From an uncultured bacterium (lineage in GTDB: Bacteria; Patescibacteriota; JACMRA01): DNA of 64,000 nt. Position 1 is the first letter of the stretch. Every line of letters starts with the position of its first letter. Made by a program: the position numbers and the translations under genes. Positions 1 through 9,382 of the stretch are shown one piece after another. The notes below the pieces were generated by a model. That model made no database searches and was not told where the DNA came from. It saw only the letters and a list, made by a program, of their open reading frames with translations. The stretch covers positions 96,001 through 160,000 of the forward strand of contig OY969926.1 of assembly GCA_963704645.1 (NCBI GenBank). The letters run 5' to 3'.

Positions 1-300
1 TCTTGCGACTTCATTATAGCCGAACGCTTACATGCTATAATTATTGCCACGGTCTTAAACGTTCCATCCATTCCTTTGATGTACGACCCTAAAGTTGTTA
101 GCTTGGCCAATTATCTTGGCCTTGAAGATTTTGCTGTTGATGTAAACAAAGCTTTTACACCAGAAGAATTAGGTAAAAAAATAAACTTGCTTCAAGAATA
201 TTTCACCGAAACAAAACAACATATTCAACAACAATACATGAAGCTGAACAACCAAGATAAAAATTATTTTGACCAACTTATAAATAAGCTAGGTTTATAA
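1..300 (+). CDS. Polysaccharide pyruvyl transferase family protein, 3' part (runs off window)
   Basis: Frame 1 open from base 1: CDFIIAERLHAIIIATVLNVPSIPLMYDPKV matches the family's RLHxxI...P...YDPKV C-terminal motif. Confidence 0.8.
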   Translation, partial: SCDFIIAERLHAIIIATVLNVPSIPLMYDPKVVSLANYLGLEDFAVDVNKAFTPEELGKKINLLQEYFTETKQHIQQQYMKLNNQDKNYFDQLINKLGL

Positions 301-335
301 AAATGAATTAAATACTAAGCCGACCTTAATATAGT

Positions 336-3300
336 ATGTTCAACCAAGAAAAAGATACTTCTCCTAAACCAGAACAAGAAACGCAGTCTCATAGAATTGA
401 GTCTGTAAAAAATAGTGGTATCTCTAATAATTCCCAAAGCGAAAGTAAAAGCTCTTCCACAGCTCAAGCTTTGGGCAACAAATGGAGCGAAATAATGAAG
501 ATGCCCTCTGGCCAAGAGTTGTTAATGGTAATGCAAAATGGTGTAATAAGAACAGCCAAAAACCTTAAACAAAAGCTATTCACTAAAAAGGCAGCTAAAC
601 GTAACATAAAAACAATTTTAACTTCTCACTATGTTTGGGTTTTTGTGTTTGGAGTACTTTTAAATAGCTTTATTTTTAGAGGAGTATTAGCAAGCTACCC
701 ACAAATTTTAGCTGGAGATGTATTGGTTGGGCCAGAAGAATTGGTACCTATAACAGATTTCAATACTCAGTACATAGACCAACAGCTTAACCCATTTTCA
801 GTTTTAACAGACAACTACGAATTTAGAGTTAGGTATTCTTTATTAACTACTTGGACTAGGTATTATTTAGCTTTACCACTTGTTGGTTTAGTTGGGCTAA
901 ATGCCGCTTCCTTAACCATAATTTATGCTGCAATTTACAAGTTGCTTAAACATTTGTTCAAAATTGATAGAAGACAAAATCTGTTAGATGAAAATATAGA
1001 AGCAGATAGTAGTGGTGTTGAACATAGCCTTGGTAGCAGGACGCACAAAACTTTACCTAAACTGCATACCAGCTATTATACACATTTTCAAACTAATAAT
1101 TCAAAATTTAATAGCAATTCTTCTAAACTAAACAAAAGCAGTGCAGAGCTTCATTCTGAAAACTCTAAAATTTACTTAGAATCTCAAACCCACACTGAGC
1201 GTAGACAACTAGCAAATTTTAACATTGTACCCAAAGAGTTTATAATACTTGCCTCTTTAGTTGGGGCAATGTTAAGTTATTTCATTTTACTTTACGCCAA
1301 AATTACCCACTTCTATACCTTAATTTTTGGATTTAGTTTATTTAGCTTAGCGGTTAGCTTCTTAATAATTTTGTTACTTAACTTTAATAATCAAACAAAG
1401 AAAGAAAGAAATTTTTCGGTTATAGCTGTAATTTTGCTTACTGTTTTTAACCCTGCCACTCATTACGTAATTTTAACCGTTTTTGTTGGTGGAATTTTAT
1501 TGTTCTTTAGTTTGGTTTCTAATACTATAAATATTTTAAAATATAAAGGTCTTTGGAAACAAGAGCTAATTAAATCTGGTTATATTTTAACAGCCATTGT
1601 TAGCAGTGCCTCTTTTTACCTTGCTTATTACTTTATTTACATAACAACATTTAACAAATTTAGCGTTTCAGAATACGTTTTTATTACAAATAATTTAATT
1701 AGATACGCCTCTTCCGATATTTTACAAATTATATCTTTACAAACTGGTTCCATTTTAGATTTTTACTACTACGGCAACTATCAAATTAGTCCACCAGAAA
1801 GCCGTTTGTTTAATATTTTTTACAGTTTAGCCATTCCTGCAATATTCTTATACAGCCTTTTTAAATACAAATCTAATAAAAAACTTTTTAGCTTAAGTTC
1901 TGCCGTCATAATTATTTCAGCAGTAGCAATATTTTTTGCTTTTGGTTTTGAAAACCCCTACTCCGCACACAATTTAACTGCTCAAATTTTACCAGCTTTA
2001 AATAACAGTCCAAGTTTTATTAATAATACTTTAATTCAGTTAATTTCTACTTTCTTTTTAGTTTTACGTTTTCCACACAGATTCTTGTTTATTTACGAAT
2101 TAATGGTGTCTATTGGTTTTGGCATATTTAGTGTTATAATTTTGCAAAATTTAAACAAGTTTTATAATTTCAACCAAACCATTTTTAAACACACAATTTT
2201 AGTTTTAATTGGAACAATTCTAATGCTGCCTTTTTTTTATGGAGCAAATGTTTCTGAAACTTTATTTACAGGAAACTACAATGGATTTTTCAGCAACTAC
2301 ACAGTTCCTCAAGATTTAAAAGATATTAAAGAATATCTAGCTAATAGCAAGGATGGTGGAAAAGTTATAATTTTACCCACTACAGAAGCTCCATTTAGAG
2401 TCACATCTGATGTAAATGGAAATCAAATAAGAGTTATAGATAAATTCTTTTTGTATTACCTAAATTATCCCGGCCAGTATTACGGATTAAGTGCAGACAT
2501 TGAGTATAAAAATAACTATTTCTTACTTTATTTATCAGCCAAGGAAAACTTAGATTGGTTTAATTTTCTAAGAAATAAAGATATTGAATACGTATTAGTA
2601 AATAAGACCCAAAAAATTAAAGATGGTTATAGCAATTTAAATGATATAGAGCAAAATTTAAAAGATGGTACAGACGAAATTGTTAGCCAAGGTTTAGCTA
2701 CAAAGGTAGTTTCTGGTGAATATTTTGATTTAATAAAAATTAATAAAGAATATGTTCCTGAAAAAACTTTGCTATTTTTAAATGACGATTGGCAAAATGT
2801 TAAAGACAGTTTAACAAAAAACATGGTCGATTACCCAGACAACAGTGTATACAATATATCTAAAAGAATTTGTACAGAGCAAAAATTTGATGTTTTAGGC
2901 AATGTTGAAAAAACAATTGAAGACTTAAATATTTTGTGCAATAAATCTATCTTAGACTATAATTCTAGGTTAACCCCGTTCAGCAAAACAGTACAATCTA
3001 CCAACGATTTCATCTCCAATATTTTTAGTATGATTGCCACTTCACAATCTACTAAAGTTAATATTTATAACACTTTAAATTCTATAAACCCTGGAACATA
3101 CAACGCCTTGGGCAGAGAAATATTATTTATAGATAACAAAGATGACACTTTAAACTATAATTTTTCTGTGAAAGACAATGGTAGTTATTCTATAGATGTT
3201 AGGGCCAGAGCTGCTAATGCTAAAGTTGAATTTACTATTTACGATGAGGAAAACAATATTAAATACCAAACTAAGCAAGATTTAATAGATGAAGCAAACT

Positions 3301-3530
3301 ATGTTAACAGCCAAGACGATGTAGTTTTAAACAATTTTAAATATTACAATTTGGCCGAAAACTTAAATTTAGAAAAGGGAAATTATTTAGTAAAACTAAC
3401 AAAAGTAGACAACCAACCCATTGGTGTAGACAGCATTTCTTATTACACCGCTGGCCAGCTAGACAATATAAAAAACCAATATCAAATTACCCAAAAAGAC
3501 ACAGATTTATATGAATTTGTTAAGAAGTAA
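336..3530 (+). CDS. Large multi-TM protein, GT-C-like glycosyltransferase with a soluble C-terminal beta-rich domain
   Basis: About 12 hydrophobic segments, LRFPHRF motif, KVIILP...DIEYVLVNK domain typical of YfhO/AftD-like proteins. Confidence 0.55.
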   Translation: MFNQEKDTSPKPEQETQSHRIESVKNSGISNNSQSESKSSSTAQALGNKWSEIMKMPSGQELLMVMQNGVIRTAKNLKQKLFTKKAAKRNIKTILTSHYVWVFVFGVLLNSFIFRGVLASYPQILAGDVLVGPEELVPITDFNTQYIDQQLNPFSVLTDNYEFRVRYSLLTTWTRYYLALPLVGLVGLNAASLTIIYAAIYKLLKHLFKIDRRQNLLDENIEADSSGVEHSLGSRTHKTLPKLHTSYYTHFQTNNSKFNSNSSKLNKSSAELHSENSKIYLESQTHTERRQLANFNIVPKEFIILASLVGAMLSYFILLYAKITHFYTLIFGFSLFSLAVSFLIILLLNFNNQTKKERNFSVIAVILLTVFNPATHYVILTVFVGGILLFFSLVSNTINILKYKGLWKQELIKSGYILTAIVSSASFYLAYYFIYITTFNKFSVSEYVFITNNLIRYASSDILQIISLQTGSILDFYYYGNYQISPPESRLFNIFYSLAIPAIFLYSLFKYKSNKKLFSLSSAVIIISAVAIFFAFGFENPYSAHNLTAQILPALNNSPSFINNTLIQLISTFFLVLRFPHRFLFIYELMVSIGFGIFSVIILQNLNKFYNFNQTIFKHTILVLIGTILMLPFFYGANVSETLFTGNYNGFFSNYTVPQDLKDIKEYLANSKDGGKVIILPTTEAPFRVTSDVNGNQIRVIDKFFLYYLNYPGQYYGLSADIEYKNNYFLLYLSAKENLDWFNFLRNKDIEYVLVNKTQKIKDGYSNLNDIEQNLKDGTDEIVSQGLATKVVSGEYFDLIKINKEYVPEKTLLFLNDDWQNVKDSLTKNMVDYPDNSVYNISKRICTEQKFDVLGNVEKTIEDLNILCNKSILDYNSRLTPFSKTVQSTNDFISNIFSMIATSQSTKVNIYNTLNSINPGTYNALGREILFIDNKDDTLNYNFSVKDNGSYSIDVRARAANAKVEFTIYDEENNIKYQTKQDLIDEANYVNSQDDVVLNNFKYYNLAENLNLEKGNYLVKLTKVDNQPIGVDSISYYTAGQLDNIKNQYQITQKDTDLYEFVKK

Positions 3531-3576
3531 AAGTCTAAAAACAATCCAAAGCCAAACATTAGCAACAAAGGATGGC

Positions 3577-3619
3577 AAAGTCCCCTCTAGAGAGGGGTGG
3601 GCCGAAGGCTCGGGGTGTG
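3577..3619. repeat. Double-hairpin REP-like element (CCCCT..AGGGG / GCC..GGC / CGGGGT)
   Basis: AAAGTCCCCTCTAGAGAGGGGTGGGCCGAAGGCTCGGGGTGTG; related copy at 3854-3899. Confidence 0.65.
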
Positions 3620-3640
3620 TTTTACAATAAACCAAAAGCA

Positions 3641-3665
3641 CAGGAGGATAAATCCTTCCCCTACA
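3641..3665 (-). repeat. GTAG-type REP-like hairpin
   Basis: Minus strand TGTAGGGGAAGGATTTATCCTCCTG. Confidence 0.55.
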
Positions 3666-3724
3666 ACGAATATAAAATAAGGATATTTTTTTCCCACATA
3701 AACAATAACACCAAACAATACAAT

Positions 3725-6700
3725 ATGTCAGACTTGAACCAAAAACCAAATATGTTTTCAGACATTAAAGCCAAAGACGCCCAAACCCAAGCCGAATTAT
3801 CAGACTACAACACCGAAGGTAACAATCTAGATTCTTCGGTTTCAAGCGAAGCTAAAGTACCCCTGGTAAGGGGTGAAACCGATAGGTTTCGGGGTAGTGA
3901 AACACCAGAACAAACCCCTGTAGCGGCGAAGCTTGCAAGCCAAAAATTTGATACCAAAAACCTACGTGAAAAGGCCAACCAAATTCTAAAAAACAAAATA
4001 ACTTGGGGTATTGCAGCAATTGTAATTTTAGGTTCACTTGGTGGCTTTTTATATTTCAGATCTGATGGTAAATTTTTTGGCGCAACAACACCTACAGAAG
4101 TGCAAGTTGATATGTTTATTTTAGGTGGTGGCCTTGGTGGCGCATCAGCTGCTATTCAAGCAACTAAAGACAACAATAGTTTTGTTCTGTCTGAAGCTAC
4201 AAATTGGCTTGGCGGGCAAGCTACTATTCAAGGTGTTTCAACTTTAGATCAGAATAATAAAAACTTTCAAAAATCTGGTATTTATAATGAAATTTTAGAG
4301 AACATGAAGTTAAATTCTGTTTCTACAATTGGCCCATATGTTGGTAACGCCACAACCGGCCCAGGAGACTTACCTGCCAGCATAGATAGCTATTTAAAAA
4401 GCAGACTAAGCAGCTATAACAAAGGTAAATTATTGTTTAACACCCAGCTTGAAAGCGTAGACAAGGTTGGAGAAACAATAACTTCGGTAACTGTACGAGA
4501 CAGAAATGAGCTTAGTAAAAAGTACACTGTAAAAGCAAAATATTATTTAGACAGCACAGATTATTCAGATTTAACCAGAATGGCTGGCATTGAATATAAT
4601 TTTGGTTTAGACTCTCAAGAAGACACCAAGGAAAGAATTGCCTTAACCCAAAAAGAAAAAGATGTTTTAATAAATGGTACAACTTATGCCGGCGCACAGG
4701 TTGGAGGTTTCGGTAATTTAATTCAACCAATTACAACCCCTTTTGCAATTTTAGATAAAGGTTATGTTGGTAATAAAATTAATTTAAACGATGTTGTACC
4801 AGCTCAAAGTCTGGGCTTGGCTTCAACAGGATCAACTTTTGCAAGCTGCCAAATAGATAAAAACAAAAGCTGTATTTTAATTAACCCAAACAGCAAGTTA
4901 GAAAAAAACCTAGATTTAAATTACCTTGGTAAACAGCATTTCACCTTTATTTTTGAAGGAAAATTAACCAGCGCTGATTTACAAATTAATGTAAATAATG
5001 AGGCAACTAACCTTCAACCAATTAATGAAAAAATTAATAACGCAGATTACACTTTATTTAAAATTGCTTATTTAAAAGATACTGCTAATTTTAACTTTGT
5101 TGTTTCTAGTAAGAAGAATTCACTTTCTTTATCAGATATAATAACTACACCTTTCAACTTTGAAAACTTAAGCAGCACAGAAAACCTAGCAGATATAACC
5201 GCTAAAGCCGATTTAAACATTGGCTTAGATAAGCTAAAATTTGATGAAGCTAAAAAGACTTACACCTTAAATTTAAACGACTATAAAGGTAAATTAGACC
5301 CAAACAAAAACTATTACATTCTAACCACTTTCCCTCAAAAAAATAACCTAACATTATCTAAAAATATCTCAGCTTTTGTAAACGAAAGTAATAAAAATGT
5401 TTTTGCAGTAAACATTGACCCAGTCTTCGATTTTAATGAAGAATATTTACCAACCTACAAATTAAAATATGATGAAACAAAAAACCAACAATTTATTTTA
5501 ACAAACAACGAAGCAAAAGAAAAAAGTATAGCTTCCAGCATAATAATTATTGATGAAACAAAAGTAGGAGGGTTTAAATTAATTAAAAATAAGGAAGGTT
5601 ATGCTTACACTAATTCCCAGTTCATAGATATTACCTATCTTGGTTTACAGAAAAACTTGAAAGCTACAAAGCAGGTTTTGAACGGCGATAGTATAATTTT
5701 TAGTAATGTAATTAATGCTGAAGATAAAACCCCAAGACTTGGTCAATTGGGCAGAACAGAAGTTGGAAATGGAGACACTTTAAGTTTAGAGGACAAAGAA
5801 AACAACAGTATTTTAATATTGAAAAATTTGAATTTAGAACATTACTTTGATCAAATTTTTAACAGCTTTACTTCTTCTAAAACTAGAATGGAGCAAACTT
5901 TAGCCGCCGGAAACTACGATATTTTTATTAAAACATTAAATATTAATAAGCTTGAAGTAGACGACAAAATTGATTTAAAAATTAGCTATACTGGAAACAA
6001 CAGCGTAAAAAGAAATATAGATTTAATACCTGGAAAATTTGAAAAATTATATAGTTTCACCCTACAAAACCCAGACAATTTACAGCTTGAGGTAATAAGT
6101 AAATGCAAATCTGATTGTTTAAAAAATGTTTCTATTCTGGTTACGTCCAGCGTTCCTAACAATTACGATTCTGGCTTTTTAAATCGTAAAATTAGTGTAG
6201 ACAAAGACTTCCTAAAACCGCTTTATTCTTCCAGTGAAATTGGGCAAGACTACTTCTTTAAATTTAGACAGATTTTAGATCCAATTAATGTTTCTAGGTC
6301 TAACGTTTTAGATGTTGCAACTAAAAATATTATAGCTACCAGAGGGCTGGGTATTTCTCAAATTAATACTGGTTTTAACGATTTTTATTTAAAGGGTATT
6401 GATACTCAAAAATATATTTCCGATGAAGCTTATTTCAATGAAATAAATAAGAATTCTAAAGATTATTCTGCTAGATATTATTATTGGTTAAAGTATGATG
6501 TGCCTAAAAATTATTTAGGATGTTCTAATACCGAGGCTTTTTGTGCCAGCACTAGAATAAATATTTCCCCAATAGCCATGAATACTAAAGATGGCTTTTC
6601 TGAATTACCTTACGTACGTGACCCAGTAAGGCCAGTTGGAAAATCTATGATTACTTATCAGGATATTTCTTTAAACGAAAATTTGTGCAGTTCTACCGAC

Positions 6701-7615
6701 GTTGCTTCTGGTAAAAAATGTGATGAGCTTAGCATTACCAACACCCCAAATAAATTATTAGTTTCTTCAGATTTCCTGCAAAAATTTAACAAAAAACCAC
6801 TGTTTGGCTATTTCTACGCTGCTGATGTTCACAGTATTTTAAGCACAACTGATATAAAAACTTTCTACGATTATTTAGAAGCAAATAAATTAAGAAATAA
6901 GAATAATTTACCAAAGTTCCTACCAGGTATTTACGATACCAACGTTCGACCTTATTCTGTAGGTTTTGATAATATTCACTCTGATGAAGCAGACAATTTG
7001 CTTTTCTGTGGGAAAAACATTTCTGTGTCTCAAATTGCTAACGGTTCTACCAGATTGCACCCAGCTGAAAGCATGGCTGGGCAAAGTTGCGGTGTAGTTG
7101 TAAACTTCTTAATTAAAAACGGAGACAAAAAACTTAACTATTTAGGTATTGACAGTGTTTATGCAAGCTTTAGCCAAGACTTGGTAAAAAATAATATGTA
7201 TCCAATTCCTTTTGAAGATCAAGAGTTTATTCAACTATATGCAGATTCTAAGTACGATGTTCTAACCAGTTACTTCAAAGCAACTGAAGACAAAATTTTG
7301 CCTGCTGAACTTGTTTTAAACGACAGATACCAATATGCAATTTACAAATTTACACCTAAAAGAATAGCTACAGGAGCTGAAGTAAAAACTGTATTTGATG
7401 CTGTTTCAATTAAAACAACCAATTTTGACACTAGCAAAGTTTCTTACACCTACAAAGATTTACTAGACTACACCGAAGACAAAAATGATGACCAAAAACT
7501 TTCAACTGTATTAAATGAATATGTTTATAGTTTATCAACTGACACTAAATTAACTGGAACAAGAACTATTACTAAGGGAGATTTAGCCTATATTTACTAT
7601 AAGCTAGGGAAATAG
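3725..7615 (+). CDS. Membrane-anchored FAD-dependent oxidoreductase with a large internal insertion
   Basis: TM anchor then DMFILGGGLGGASAA, WLGGQAT, YYLDSTDYSDL; C-terminal half PYVRD..R, NLLFCGKNIS..ANGSTRLHP..MAGQ; start set at ATG 3725 (ORF open from 3572). Confidence 0.75.
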   Translation: MSDLNQKPNMFSDIKAKDAQTQAELSDYNTEGNNLDSSVSSEAKVPLVRGETDRFRGSETPEQTPVAAKLASQKFDTKNLREKANQILKNKITWGIAAIVILGSLGGFLYFRSDGKFFGATTPTEVQVDMFILGGGLGGASAAIQATKDNNSFVLSEATNWLGGQATIQGVSTLDQNNKNFQKSGIYNEILENMKLNSVSTIGPYVGNATTGPGDLPASIDSYLKSRLSSYNKGKLLFNTQLESVDKVGETITSVTVRDRNELSKKYTVKAKYYLDSTDYSDLTRMAGIEYNFGLDSQEDTKERIALTQKEKDVLINGTTYAGAQVGGFGNLIQPITTPFAILDKGYVGNKINLNDVVPAQSLGLASTGSTFASCQIDKNKSCILINPNSKLEKNLDLNYLGKQHFTFIFEGKLTSADLQINVNNEATNLQPINEKINNADYTLFKIAYLKDTANFNFVVSSKKNSLSLSDIITTPFNFENLSSTENLADITAKADLNIGLDKLKFDEAKKTYTLNLNDYKGKLDPNKNYYILTTFPQKNNLTLSKNISAFVNESNKNVFAVNIDPVFDFNEEYLPTYKLKYDETKNQQFILTNNEAKEKSIASSIIIIDETKVGGFKLIKNKEGYAYTNSQFIDITYLGLQKNLKATKQVLNGDSIIFSNVINAEDKTPRLGQLGRTEVGNGDTLSLEDKENNSILILKNLNLEHYFDQIFNSFTSSKTRMEQTLAAGNYDIFIKTLNINKLEVDDKIDLKISYTGNNSVKRNIDLIPGKFEKLYSFTLQNPDNLQLEVISKCKSDCLKNVSILVTSSVPNNYDSGFLNRKISVDKDFLKPLYSSSEIGQDYFFKFRQILDPINVSRSNVLDVATKNIIATRGLGISQINTGFNDFYLKGIDTQKYISDEAYFNEINKNSKDYSARYYYWLKYDVPKNYLGCSNTEAFCASTRINISPIAMNTKDGFSELPYVRDPVRPVGKSMITYQDISLNENLCSSTDVASGKKCDELSITNTPNKLLVSSDFLQKFNKKPLFGYFYAADVHSILSTTDIKTFYDYLEANKLRNKNNLPKFLPGIYDTNVRPYSVGFDNIHSDEADNLLFCGKNISVSQIANGSTRLHPAESMAGQSCGVVVNFLIKNGDKKLNYLGIDSVYASFSQDLVKNNMYPIPFEDQEFIQLYADSKYDVLTSYFKATEDKILPAELVLNDRYQYAIYKFTPKRIATGAEVKTVFDAVSIKTTNFDTSKVSYTYKDLLDYTEDKNDDQKLSTVLNEYVYSLSTDTKLTGTRTITKGDLAYIYYKLGK
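3854..3899. repeat. Double-hairpin REP-like element inside a CDS
   Basis: AAAGTACCCCTGGTAAGGGGTGAAACCGATAGGTTTCGGGGTAGTG, same architecture as 3577-3619. Confidence 0.6.
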
Positions 7616-7669
7616 AAAACCTTTGACAAGTTTAAAATTTAATGCTTATATATTAATATAATATTTATT

Positions 7670-7840
7670 ATGAACAACAACCGCAACACTCTTATTGGCC
7701 TTATAATTGCCTTATTACTTATAGTTGGAATTGGATTTGGTGTATATTCTATTACAAACCAAAACAAAACAACAACTGCCGAAGTTAAAGGTGCCAGTGA
7801 TAGCAACACTTCACAAAGCACAAATCCTAACGAATCATAA
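7670..7840 (+). CDS. Small single-TM protein (56 aa, MNNNRNTLIGLIIALLLIVGIGFGVYS...EVKGAS...)
   Basis: Not in ORF track; TTGACA at 7623 upstream, terminator downstream, clear TM helix. Confidence 0.7.
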   Translation: MNNNRNTLIGLIIALLLIVGIGFGVYSITNQNKTTTAEVKGASDSNTSQSTNPNES

Positions 7841-7863
7841 TTCAATTTTTTGTTAAGTAAGTT

Positions 7864-7885
7864 CCAGCCTTAGGGCTGGTTTTTT
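7864..7885 (+). terminator. Intrinsic terminator
   Basis: CCAGCC-TTAG-GGCTGG followed by a T run. Confidence 0.8.
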
Positions 7886-7910
7886 GTTGGTTGGATGTGC
7901 AGATTAGGGT

Positions 7911-8399
7911 TTAAATATTAATTATTCTATAGGGAACACCAAAAAAGTTAGATCCTAAAAGTTGTTTCACTTTATCAAAATCATCCTTACCTGTTATGGT
8001 TATTTTAATGTCGGCTTTGTCCTCACACTCCTTTTTATTAAGGCTTAAATTATCACTATTATTTGCATACTCATAAACCGATATGGAAACATAGTGCCCA
8101 ATATAGCCAAGTCCATTTGAATAAACAGAAGTATTTTTAACTTTAACATTTAAGCCATCAATTTTAACTTCGTCACCATTAATTTCAGCCACTTTTATTG
8201 CCATATTCAAATTTGTTTCGAAAACATTTCTCACCTCCTTGGCACTTGGTAATTCGTTGCAAGTTAAACCATGTTCAAACGAATTTAATGAGAACAAAGA
8301 ATTTACTGATGATTTTATTTCCTTGTTATTAAAGTAGATTAAGACAGCTGCCGAAACTATAAGTAAAATTATGCCTATTATCAAAATTATTTTTTTCAT
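7911..8399 (-). CDS. Membrane-anchored hypothetical protein
   Basis: N-terminal TM helix, two Cys (TCNELP, ECEDKADI), C-terminal FFGVPY. Confidence 0.7.
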   Translation of the reverse strand: MKKIILIIGIILLIVSAAVLIYFNNKEIKSSVNSLFSLNSFEHGLTCNELPSAKEVRNVFETNLNMAIKVAEINGDEVKIDGLNVKVKNTSVYSNGLGYIGHYVSISVYEYANNSDNLSLNKKECEDKADIKITITGKDDFDKVKQLLGSNFFGVPYRIINI

Positions 8400-8406
8400 A
8401 TCTTAA

Positions 8407-9228
8407 CTAATATTGACTATGCCACCAATAAACGTAAGCTGGCCAGTCTGCATACGGCCAAGGGCCAGAAGAATAAACTTCAGGATTGGGTTCTCCGTTT
8501 GGTGACCAACCACTATAGTTTTGTTCATATATTAAATCTGGTGTTCTTTCATCTGTCCATGCATTATCTCTAAAAGTATTCCAACCGCAATAAAAAGAAT
8601 TCCATGTTCTAGCTCTTGTCCAACCCAATGAACCTAAACCAGGTAGTGGTCGACGATAGCCCCAATTTGATAAAGTACTTTCTCTATTACTCTTACCAAC
8701 ATTAAATGAATTTCTGGGCGCTCCTCTATATGGCTTAGGGTTTCCATAAACTCCACAAACTAGCCTACCAGCCAAATCTCCTGCAAAGGCTGCTTGTACA
8801 TTTACATCTCCCACTTTCTTTTTAATTGAATTTTTCTTGACATCTGGCGTAACACCTCCTTTTTTACTAATTTCTGTAGCCATGATAAAAAATTCTTTTA
8901 CCTCAGGATATTTATTTAAATCTGCTTGAAAATTGTTTTCCGAGAGATCTTTACTAAAATTAGTTAATTGTTCAGCCAGCTCTATTGATTCTTTTGAAAA
9001 GTTTTTATCAATTGCTTTCTTTTTATCAAAATTAGGTTTATTTTCTTTAATAGTAATAATGTCACCTGTCATTAAAGTTATATCACCTAGCTTGATTTCA
9101 AAATCAAGAGGTTGTTTTTTACCTGATGCAATCACATCAAAAGATAGAGGAACTATATTAATAGCAATAATTGAAAATATTGATAAATTACGGACTGCTG
9201 TGTTTATTTTTACTAAAGAAAAAATCAT
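8407..9228 (-). CDS. Secreted hypothetical protein with a Trp/Gly/Pro-rich C-terminal domain
   Basis: Signal-like N-terminus; ends GEPNPEVYSSGPWPYADWPAYVYWWHSQY. Confidence 0.7.
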   Translation of the reverse strand: MIFSLVKINTAVRNLSIFSIIAINIVPLSFDVIASGKKQPLDFEIKLGDITLMTGDIITIKENKPNFDKKKAIDKNFSKESIELAEQLTNFSKDLSENNFQADLNKYPEVKEFFIMATEISKKGGVTPDVKKNSIKKKVGDVNVQAAFAGDLAGRLVCGVYGNPKPYRGAPRNSFNVGKSNRESTLSNWGYRRPLPGLGSLGWTRARTWNSFYCGWNTFRDNAWTDERTPDLIYEQNYSGWSPNGEPNPEVYSSGPWPYADWPAYVYWWHSQY

Positions 9229-9382
9229 GGCTAAGAGTTAAAATTATAAATATAAATTGTCAACTTAAATATTTTTTTGTTAGAATTTAGAGTTATTTAA
9301 ATCATTATTCCGTAGTATTAAACAAATTAAAAATTAATATATGCCCTATTATAAGATCAAAGTTCTTGCCTATAACTAAGAC

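Noticed and set aside
3572-3724. Longer N-terminus for the oxidoreductase
   Set aside because: Made up of REP-like DNA; ATG 3725 has the typical TATG context
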